A DNA stretch of 62,807 nt, the filler included, from Platydemus manokwari (taxonomy: Eukaryota): the NCBI GenBank assembly GCA_037951405.1. It is 5 parts of 5 records of this genome, joined end to end, with 100 filler letters (N's around TTAATTAATTAA, not from the genome) between each part and the next. Parts side by side here need not be neighbours in the genome. Positions count along the whole stretch, not along the records: positions 34,300 to 53,691 come from JBBMOY011955824.1; positions 53,792 to 62,807 come from JBBMOY011313872.1; 3 more parts are not named here. The stretch is one strand, 5' to 3'. Positions within the stretch are counted from its first letter, which is position 1; each line of letters opens with the position of its first letter. The translations under genes and the position numbers were made by a program. Below the pieces are notes generated by a model. That model was not told the origin of the DNA. It was given only the letters and a program-made list of their open reading frames with translations, and did not search any database. Below are positions 51,719 through 62,807 of the stretch, piece by piece.

Positions 51719-53691
51719 CTGAAATTTAAACGACACTGTTATCATTCTTTGGAAATAAGATGACGGAGAAATTTTTTCGATTATCAAATTTTCTTTATTT
51801 TTCTTAGACATCATTCTCTTGAGTCATAAGACAATAGTTTGTTACGTACAGTTGCATCCCTCTCTCAACCCGTAAGATCGGATTAAAAACAAAATTTGAA
51901 TATATTTTTATATTTTTTCAATGATAATTTATAATTATATTCTATCAGAAAAAACCATTTTTCACATAATTTTATATTGTTAAATAACGATGTTTAATAT
52001 CGACGGATTTAATATTTTATTTTTGTAATTGCACTTTGATAAGATCAATCCTGCTACTCAGCCAATCGGATTCTCACCAATCTGACCAGGGTGCCTGCAC
52101 ACATATAGTGCAAGCCAATTCACCAATTGAGCAGATTATTGCCTATTGGAAAACATTTGTCTAATCAGGAAGCAATTCGATCCTTTCTAAGTTATACAGC
52201 CAAGCCTTTTTGGCTGATTTGTATCTATCCTATTTGTCATATATCAATGATATGCTGTTAATATTATTTTCAATTTCCAAAAATCAGGTCAGTAAGACCT
52301 CCATGAACTGTTCATGCATTAGTGATTATGTTGATGCTAATGAAAACGGTGTTACTTGGTAAAGAATATGCAGTGGCTTGTGAAAATTATTATTAATAAC
52401 TGGTTATTAAATCGATAAGTTTAAAAGTACATAAAAATACGTACCATTATTTCCATATCGACAAGGAACAGAAAAACAATGGTTATTATTCGCAGGAAAA
52501 TTATGTTCTTAGTTAGGTTGATCAAAATGGGTATTATTGTACTATACTTGGTATAATCATACAATTTATAATTTCAACAAGCTATAAGCAAACAACAAGA
52601 ACTACCAATTCCAATGCACCAAAGGCAACTTAATTGATAAAGAAGGAAAACAAAAGAAAAACTGTTTCGAAGACTTAGTTCAATTTGGATCAATTAATTT
52701 AATTATTTCATGCATTTGCACTTGAATGTTAACATGTTTATGATTTTTAGATAGAAATAATCGATATTTTTATAACAAATTGAATTTCCCCTTATTGAAC
52801 CTTTGGATATCCTTCTTAAGATATATTATATTAAAAAAAATTATTTTTTACATAAATATCTGCTCTAATTCCAGTAAATACGCGGAAAAAAAAATACTTT
52901 TTAAAAGCCTCATCTATTCACCATTACAGTCAATTGAGATACTCAGCTTTAAAATTGAATTTTGGGAAATTTTAAGAATATACTTGATAAAATTCAATAA
53001 AATATAATCAAATTCCACAGCTTAACTAAGGAAACCAGAAAATTGGAGAAATGTCAATAAAAAATAAATAATATTCATTTAACTCTAATCATAGAGTAAT
53101 ATTTGTGACTAACAGGAACTGATATCAATATATCAAATCAAAAACAAAGCAAGTTTCATGATATATCTAAACGAATGATGATAATTATTATCTGCATGTT
53201 TTATTTTGTATTTCAAATGTCTTGATCAACATTTTAACCGATGAATAATGAATTATCTGACAAGATATTTGACTTTTCCAATAGAAAAATATCATAAATA
53301 ATTACCACGATTAAAACCGTCACACCGGGTGTTGAACATTTATTAGAACATGTTTCGAATAACTACGAGAGAATAAATATAATTGGTTTTAAATGTGAAG
53401 ACGATTTAATATAATTATCTAAATTATTATTACCAACTATATATTGATTTCTATCAATTATAAATTGATTAATAATAAATATACATTGATTACCATCAAT
53501 TAACAGTTATGATCGATATGGTTAAGGTTAATAATTTTAAAATATCAATTAATTAATTTATATTTTAATAAAAATTGAATCGATTGATTATCGATTTCTA
53601 AAACAATTGAATTATTAAATATTTTTATTAATGGAAATTTATTAATTAATAAATTAATGATTAACAAAAATGGCTTATAGATGAGATTCAT

Positions 53692-53791
53692 NNNNNNNNN
53701 NNNNNNNNNNNNNNNNNNNNNNNNNNNNNNNNNNNTTAATTAATTAANNNNNNNNNNNNNNNNNNNNNNNNNNNNNNNNNNNNNNNNNNNN
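53692..53791. other. Artificial contig linker
   Basis: 44 N + TTAATTAATTAA + 44 N. Confidence 0.97.
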
Positions 53792-54447
53792 ATAACTAAT
53801 ATTTATTATTTAATAACAAAATGTTTTTGAGAGCTTTAATGAAACTTCACAAATTAAAGTTTCGAATATCATCTTAAGAAATAATTTAAATATATAAATG
53901 AATTTTTAAAAGGATAATAAATAATTATAAATGAATTCAAAAGGGATAAAATGTTTGGAAGATTTTGTAATAATAAATTAGCAGTAATGTTAGCCGCTAC
54001 TATTTTGAAAACTACACATTATAAACGAACTGAACTGTCAAGACACCACAAATCTATTTAAATACGAATATTTAAACAAATACATTTAATTTTGTATAAT
54101 TATATCGATTTTTCTAAATTCAATGTGTTTTGATTTCTGAATTACTTTGAAAATATAATTTCTACTAAGTTTGAATTGTTATTATAATGTAATGTCATTT
54201 ATATTTGAGGTGAACTCTTATTAAATGTGAACCTTCATCGTGAATTGTTCAGTTTAATGTTTATCTATATTTATTATTTGTGTTTTACAAAATTCCAAAA
54301 ATATCAATACAAAATTAGAACATAAAATGAAAATCTAATATTAAACAGCTTTACAATGAACGAATCTAGTAAATTTACAAAAATCTTTTATTTATTTAAT
54401 TCCATGAATGCGGTATACATTTTTTAATATTTTGCTTCGTGTTTCAG

Positions 54448-57400
54448 TCTATCATTTGGTATCAAAGAGAAAATTCCATCAAATCGAAGTTTTGGAAGAA
54501 ATTGAATCATTGATTGCCATTTCAGGAAGAAGTCACAAAATCCAACAATATTCACTTGAATGTTTCAGTGCTCGATTATTGGATAAAGATTATGTTAATA
54601 AACTAATCATTATTATTGTATGAGATTATCGATTTGACTTTAGGACAAAAATGCTGAAGTTTTTAATATCGGTGAAAGTTTTCGTGATGCCATCCATTTC
54701 AAAACTGGTAATAATACTTTTGGAATTATGACGTAACAATTTTTTGTCATGAATATCTTAAAATAATCATGACAGTCAGTGAATGATAAATATTCGATAA
54801 TATTTGTATGGTGATTCATCAAGTTATTTTCAATTATAAACATATGATTATTTTCATTAAATATTGAAAATTTGTGTTCATTATCATTGAGCTTAAAATT
54901 AATCAAATTGGGTGATTAAGAATTTTTTATATTATTTTCATATTTTTCACAGTCTAACCGAGAGTAAACTCAATTTTTTTTCAATGATTAGATTGTTTAC
55001 ATAAATTATTACGATTATTTATATATTTTGCAACACAAAAAAATCCATATTGGATGCTATTGAAATTTATACGTTTGATTTTAAGATACAGTATTCCTCT
55101 TCCTAACCGCCACATTTTCCAATGATTTAAAAAATAAAAAGTTCATTTGATTGTTCTCTGTTATTTTATTATAAAAAACTCCTCTTAACTTTCACTGATT
55201 ATGAGGAATACTGTACAGTGATAATTTTAATGAATAATTAAATTCGTGGTGAAAATATTTAAAAGATAAAGAAATATGAACATATTTTATGTAAAATGTT
55301 TAGAATTAGGTGAAATTACTTTAAAACAGATTTGTAAACAGTTGGAATTTCATTCTATCATTCACATAATCAATAATGATCTTTTGTATTGAATTGATTA
55401 TACAATGTGTGACAAAAGTAACGCAAAACCTGAAATAAAAATAATCGATAAAATATATGCTCAACGTTTGCTTTTGAAATCAATTTATGCTAAGCACAAT
55501 TTGAAATTCAAATCAATTCTAGATTCCTGAACGATCTTTAAACGTATGATTGGAGCCATAAAATAATCGTTCAAAGATTTTGCGTTATTTGATTGTATGT
55601 TTATTTTCTTAATAACTATCATTCGTGTTGAAATTATCATCGATAAATAGTGATAATATTGATATTAATATGCGATACATAATCATCGATAATTGTTTTT
55701 TCATCTAATATTATGTTGAGATGATTTATAATAAGTATGATCAAACAAATCATTTATCATTGTAATCTATCCTGATACTATAAATGAAATTATAATATAT
55801 TCTGATTATTATTCATGATAATACATGTTACATCATTTCATATGATAGCTAAAATTGGTTTTCATCTATCTATCAGTTATTATGGGTATCAAGTAATTTA
55901 TTTTATTCTGTTATCGAATTGTTACTGAATTTCGATATTAATTAAGCTTCTAAAATCAATTTCAATTCTAATGTGCACAAATCAATATAATTTAATATTT
56001 GAAAAATTATTATATGAAACATCTTATTTTTCAGTTAAATACAAGGATATCATTTTCCTGATCGTTGCTTTGCCGAATAGTATTGCTATTTACAGTTGGG
56101 CACCAAGACCTTTTCAAAAATTTATGGAATACAAGGTTGCTATTATTATTAATTGAATTTTAATTGTTTCATTCATTTTTTTCAATTGAACTATAATACC
56201 TCGTTAATGAAATAGGTTTTTGTTAAATTTAATTTTGTATTTATTGGTCAGAGATTATTGATTTTGATAATGAATATTGTTATTATGATGACCATTGATC
56301 TAGATAAATAATAGGTTTTATTTCTTATTTTAAATTAAAAATAATCTGAAGGACTATTTTTAGTAAATATTGAAAAGTACAGCGTATTTTCATTTGATAT
56401 GACGAATAATTATGATTAATTTTCGTTTTGTTTTCGGGAATTCAATGGTTTAATTTTGTTTTTCCTGTGTATGGATTTATTAAACAAAATTTCGAAATGG
56501 TAGTAATTTTATTATAAAAGAATCAACAAATATTTATATGCATTAAGATTATTATGGCTCAAAAATTAAAACTTATAATCTATTTTATATGGAATATTAG
56601 AATATTAGACCGGAATAATATAAGTCATAATATTTACGTGTATTAAATTAACATATTAATTTATCTAAATACTCAATGAATATTTGGATTGATTATATGA
56701 ATAAATGTTGCGTTTTACATGCTTATTTATGTACGATGTTTTATAAATATTCCATCAATGAAATATTAATTTATTGTGAATATTTCACAGTAGTGATTTT
56801 TGTGCATAAACGATCTTACTGAATCCATTGTATTCACTGAATAATATTGATGTCTGATTGTTTAGATTTCATTGGTTTAAAAAATTATTATTTTCTAAAA
56901 TAAAGTGTATTACTAATGATACTTGCGCATATCGCAAACGTGAGCACTTTTGCTCACCGTTGTTAATATCAAATTATATGGTCTATAATGGAATCATATT
57001 TGAATAGAACATTATCGGATTGCAAAAATTTCATTTATGGATATCATTGTGCAATTGGTATTTAAATATTTTCACTGTTTGTGAATTTGTTTTGTATTCA
57101 AATATATATATGCTGGTATATGCATTTTCTTTACAAATATCAGTGATATTGCTTACAAAATCGACTATAACTGCGAAATAGAACCGTTTTGTAATATTTT
57201 ATGCACCTATGTTGCGTGATTTATATAATTTATTGAGCTTCAATCTCAGAGAACATTATCGATATTTATTTGAGCTTCCCCAATCATATATTGAAAGATA
57301 ATAATTGTGTCTATGAATTTGTTTAGCCACTCTTTGACACAACATGCCCGTACTTGATTCGTGTTTATAAATGAAATTTATTGATTTTTATGACTTGACA

Positions 57401-59424
57401 AATATTTTTCAACACTTGTTGTTTTATTTTTAATATATATTTAATAAAAGAATTTGATTAATATTTTTAGATAATTTAGGAATACATTTATTTATTTCAA
57501 ACTAAATGTTATTGATTTAACCATGTAAGATTCCATTATAAGATATTTTTTTAATTTGGAACACTTGTTGTTTAAGAGATGACAGATTATCATCGTATGA
57601 ATTAAATCTGATTATAATAAGATAGCTACTTTGTTATCCCGATGTACTAGGCTCTCTATCTTTATCCAATATTTAGATTCCTTAGGGTACTGGATTAAAA
57701 TGCAAGAAATCCATAGATTTCAATCCAAACCTTTATTGGATTTATTTTTAATGATCTGCTTACTAAATATTTTTAATATTCGAAAATTATATGTTTTCAA
57801 AATAACGAGTTTTTTACGTGTTGATAATAATAATTTCAATTATGGAATTGCTATTGTTTCTCATCTAATGAAATATGTATATTGTTCTGTACTTTTTTTA
57901 TTTATTATTATATTTTGATGATAAATGTTGTCGATGTTATCCAAGACAGGTGGAATATTTGTTTTATATTGATCTTAAAAATTAGATATTGTTAAATAAT
58001 GAAGAGACAAATTTAACAAAATTTATTCACGTGCAGGAAATCCAAAAAATTTCATTTTTTGTTATTTATAGATATTGAATATCGCTTGTAAATTAAAGTA
58101 ATCGCCTTGACATGCGTTAAAATTGTAATTACATCATCCTACATCCGCCTATTAAAATTTTCTGTGAATAATTCGTTAGAGATAACCTAACATGCAACTG
58201 TAATGGATGATCAATAAATTATTTGTTATTGTGTTATTATCTCTATTAATACGATTTTTTAACTGGTTGTTTTTTTTAAATTAGAAATACGATGATTTAT
58301 ATTGTCAACCACTGCTCGTCAATTTAACAATTGAGAATCCTAATCAGATGAAAATTTTATATGCAACGAAGAAGGGTTTTTACGCTATTAATATAAATGA
58401 TAACAATCAAATCGATCTCTACATTCCATCACCAGTAAAATATTTGATGTTATCATTTTTATATTGGATTGATTTGTTTGTATAATTAGCCCATGAATCC
58501 ATATGCCATTTTAATTATTCCCGGTTCTTCTGGTACCAATCTTCTACTTTGTTATAACAGTAAGTTTTTAACATACTTATTTCATATATTTGAAATTAAT
58601 TTATCGATTTCTCTACTGCACTTTTTATTGGATATTTGGTAGATCGAAGCTCATCTGCTAAATGATATCTGAAAATTTAATTAACTTTGTTCTATTTTTA
58701 AATAACAACCCAAGGGCATGTATTTTCTTAATCGCACTTAGATGTTGAGTCTTGCCGACCAAATAAATTGAATATATACATTCTAGAATATTTATTCCAA
58801 TTCCATATTATATTAGACATGAATTTTACTTTGAAGATAAGCGTTAAAATTTATTTGAGCTATTATTGATCAAAGCTCAGAGACCACAAGATTGAGAAAT
58901 TGTTCGCTACTCTGTTAGGTCTTGTCCAAAAATCATAATATTGTTAAAATTCTTTTTCCGAACTCTAATTACTGAATAGATTATCATCATCGACACAGTG
59001 TCCAGGAGGTCACCAACAAAATTAATTTGACAGGCCAGCAGTTTAATGGCATTAATAAATGTTTATGTCTACAAATATAGACATTCAAACTGCTTATCTG
59101 AATTGATAAATCATTTTTTTCTATCTAGGTGAAGCAGTGTATGTTGACACAAACGGAAAGACCATAAAGGATGTCATTCTAAAATGGTCTGGTGACCCTG
59201 TCACGATTGCACCGGTGTCTCATGATCAGTTCATTGTATGCGGTCATAAAGCTATAGAAGCTCGGTTGCTAAGCACTGGAGAACTAAAGGGTATACTCCA
59301 GCACAAAGAAGATTATAAGGAAAGATTTCTATGTGAACAAAACGGAAGAATAGTTCATTCATTATACAAGTCTAATTCATCGCAACAAGTTGGCATTAAG
59401 AATTTGGCAGCCTTAAGATGGTGA
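54448..59424 (+). CDS. MAP4K4/MINK1/TNIK (misshapen)-family gene, 3' part: CNH domain, six exons
   Basis: Exons 54448-54593, 54644-54707, 56035-56135, 58285-58434, 58490-58559 and 59129-59424, all GT-AG and phase-consistent. Peptide VYHLVSKRKFHQIEVLE..ISGRSHK..VKYKDIIFLIVAL..IYSWAPRPFQKFMEYK..PLLVNLTIE..DLYIPSPPMNPYAILIIP..LLCYNSEAVYVDTNG..KDVILKW..GHKAIEAR..FLCEQNGR..W* is colinear with the GCK-IV CNH domain. Confidence 0.93.
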
Positions 59425-62400
59425 TTTTCAACATGTACATTTTTATATTAAAAAAAAACAATATTTGTACGCGAACTTTGTTTTATATTTTTTCAAATAT
59501 TAAAATAATTAACTATTTATTTCATTGACCACTCAATTGATTTGGAAATAATTTTTCGAGTATATTTCGACGATAATCAATGATTGACAGATAAATCACA
59601 GTTAATAATAACTTGGCATTGTTTTTTATAGAAATAAATTTCAAATAAAAATCAGAAAAAAAATATGTTTTATGTTGGTACTAATCGATTTATGGCTGCT
59701 GATAATTTGTTTTCTAAAATGTTAATAAATGTTGCATTAACATAATACGGTAGTGGGGCAGGTAGTAAATCAATATTTTACTCGGAGTGTTATGAGTCAA
59801 AAAATATTTAATTCAATTGCATATTCAATTTTGCTGTTTATTTGAGATTACGTAATATTTTCTATCAATCCAGCCAATCAAACTGCATCATATTTAATAA
59901 AGGAATAGTAAACACTTTCTGAAGCGAAAATAATTATTTATAATTAAATAAATTGAACGATAAATTGATATTCGGTTAAGGGTAGATTTCAACCGATTTA
60001 TGTAATATGGATTGGATTTGTACTTAATATTGTATATTTGAAACTTCGAACAGAGTCTACAGTGTTATTTCTAATTTATTATATTAATACTTAACGGGCT
60101 TAAACCAAATTAATATAATAATTCAAGTGAAATCAGTTGTCTGATGTTTTAAAATGACTTTAGGAATAAATTTCCCATAAAATTTTTAATTACAATCCAT
60201 TTGTACAAAAGTTTTTTCCTTCATTAGAAAAATAGATAATTTGGATTTTATTTATAAAAAATTAATTTGGATTCGATATTTATTAAGTTATTTGACTCGA
60301 ATAAAGTGTATAATTCATCTAATTTTCAAATGAAAATCAATATTTAAGCTTTTGTTTAAATATTTTTACAAAAACGAACGTTAATTTAACTGTCACAAAG
60401 TCATTGCAAAATTTTGAAACTCTCAACACCGATGAAATTTCTATGATTGATTACATATTACCGTGTTTGTTGAATATTATTTTTTTCTCTAGTTTTCATT
60501 CGTACACATTCAATAAAACATTCTAATTTAAAATGAAAAAGATAATTTGATATGACGATTTTTTTTAATTTTCATATAATTAAATTATAGTCCCGAATTA
60601 TAATTGTATGGGGTAATTAGATTGATATTGAAATTCCATCAGTTTCATTTTTAAAAATAGTAATTTAGGTATTGTTAAATCGGTTAATGCGACCAATATA
60701 ATCAGTTTGTAAGGATATTTGAAAGACTTAAATTTCTATAAACGTATGTGAAAGTTTTACAAATGCTATAAGCTGAAGTACGCCCAATTAGACGAGTTGA
60801 ATTCATAATATTATATTTACTAAGTGCAACCTACATCAATAATAAAGTTTGGGATATAAAGCAGCCAGGTTTAGGGGAAAATATTTTTAATATTACTTAA
60901 ATACTTTTTCTTTTATCAATTTCTCACTTTTATAACAAATTTTAAATATTATTTATTATAATTAATCAATAAACTCAATATATTCACTTTATCCCTTCCT
61001 ACTGAAAAACTTTCAAATCATGACAACTTTATTCATGAATTATTTTATTGAATATATTTATGTGAAATAAAATTTTGTTGTGTCAAGATATTTTTTTTCT
61101 GCATTTTTGATACACAGCCTAATTGTCCCACTAGGAGTTAGAAACTTGGTGGGAGTTCTCTACAACTACTGCATTCATCCAATTATATAACCAAATAATT
61201 TTGATAGAATTCTATTGTTAATATTTACATTATATAACTCTCATTTTTAATTAAAATTACTCTTTTTTCTATTGATCCTTGATCAAGATTGTAGCTCGAT
61301 TGTGGTTCCATCCAGAGTTTAAGACACTTAATCATAACATAAGTCATATTTTTAATTTGTTGTTTACAATTCGATTTCGATATAAATATAGCAATTAAGG
61401 AATAGAGATATTTATTGATGTTTCTAGCAGTAATGCCAGACATGATTTACATTTCTATCAATTTTTTAGGAAGTTGCTTTAAATATTGTATTACTTTTCA
61501 CTCAAGTTTTATGTATATCCAATCAAATTTCTGATCACAATAACTAGTATTTGAAATATTTTCTCTAATATTTCTAAAAATATTAATAAATAAAACATCG
61601 ATATTATTTATTCTCTCTGATGTTTATGATATTTTTACCATGTATTGGTTAGTTATCCACTCTATAGTTGACATCTCTGAATTTTAATTTTGTTTCTTAA
61701 TATTAAAAGTAGCTGTAACGAAAGAACCTATAAATATAACCCAGTCAATTATTTGAGAACTCAAAATTGAACTTTTATAAGGACTCAGTGATGTATTTAT
61801 AGAATTGATTCCACATATTATCTCATCGTCATTAATAGAAACACCATGACTTTACTCAATTGATGGATGCCATCTGTTCTATATCCTTTGAAAACATGTG
61901 GTATTATTTATTAGCAACATGTGGTATTTATTGTTTGAAGAGAGCTCATGCCTTAAATAATACTTACAATCGAGCTTCACAATTCACTCATATACAACAC
62001 TAAAGATTGTTCTCCAAATTGTCACTGTACTTATTAATTTAATAATATATCGAGACACTTCATTTTACAATTATCTGAAGTTTGTTTCAAGAGTTTTTCT
62101 AATGATATTCCATGATATTTAATCATTATTTATTTATGTGGAAATGATATTTAATGGTCATAATAATATCGGCCATTAGTCGCCATTGGACCTTGATTAG
62201 GCCTTGAGCAATATGATGATATGTGTAAATAAATGAACCCTTTCTTAATTTGTTCTGCATTATTATCTTTGTTATTTTATCTCAAGAATGTTTAACAAGA
62301 AAATGATTTGAATCTTTAATTATCGAATGATAAATCACTAAATGAGATTAACATTTCAAGCATTTTATTAAATTTTTATTAATAATCTTGTTTTATTGCT

Positions 62401-62496
62401 ATTATAATAATAATTATATATAATAATATTATTATTATTTTTGTTTTTGTTTTTATTATAACGGTCCATAATTTTGTTATAACCCGTTTTATTAAG

Positions 62497-62685
62497 AAAG
62501 TTATGAAAGTATTCTGACTGAATCATTGACCGATGCTTTATATACACCACCGATAGACTCGTTTCGTATTCCTTTATCGTGAGTATCCGAAAATCATTTC
62601 ATATCCACTATTTAATTATTGATTCATTGGTAGATTTGAAGCCAAGACTGTGTCACTTACTTTCTGGAACACTCATTTATCATAG
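62497..62685 (+). CDS. Two putative terminal exons (62497-62578, 62634-62685) of an unidentified gene
   Basis: 55-nt gtgagt..ggtag intron, typical in size for this genome. Spliced peptide SYESILTESLTDALYTPPIDSFRIPLSFEAKTVSLTFWNTHLS*. Confidence 0.35.
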
Positions 62686-62807
62686 GCACTTGTTATAATT
62701 GAATTTTGGTTTCATATCACAATACCCATTACAGTTATTATTATTAGAATTATTATCAATATTGTTATTTATATTATTATTGTGATTTTTATTGCTACTA
62801 TTATCAT

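Noticed and set aside
54640-54906. 88-aa minus-strand ORF
   Set aside because: Antisense to a CNH exon and AT-rich intron; no protein features.

Overview
This is not a single locus. It is five separate AT-rich eukaryotic (metazoan) contigs joined by artificial 100-bp N-TTAATTAATTAA-N linkers: 1-12083, 12184-25038, 25139-34199, 34300-53691 and 53792-62807. Genes have GT-AG introns that are either tiny (48-67 nt) or 0.6-7.7 kb, the longest ones filled with TE debris. This resembles a flatworm (triclad)-type genome, but that is inference only. Well-supported content: (i) a complete three-exon, highly divergent alpha-tubulin (532 aa); (ii) nine internal exons of BLTP1/KIAA1109 (tweek); (iii) the last six CNH-domain exons of a MAP4K4/misshapen-like gene; (iv) a young but inactivated R2/NeSL-type REL non-LTR retrotransposon followed by a hierarchical 14-bp/~165-bp satellite; (v) Gypsy, mariner and hAT remnants or MITEs; (vi) several decayed host-gene fragments (PDZ and possibly 7TM). 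The best candidate for novel biology is the tubulin. Its T7/H8 GAP motif is remodelled (catalytic E254 equivalent is His, GxxNxD is SSLDHD), it lacks K40, helix H12 is charge-reversed, and a 94-aa Ser/Asn/Lys tail replaces the acidic EEY tail. It may be a natural hydrolysis-deficient tubulin outside the usual tubulin code.
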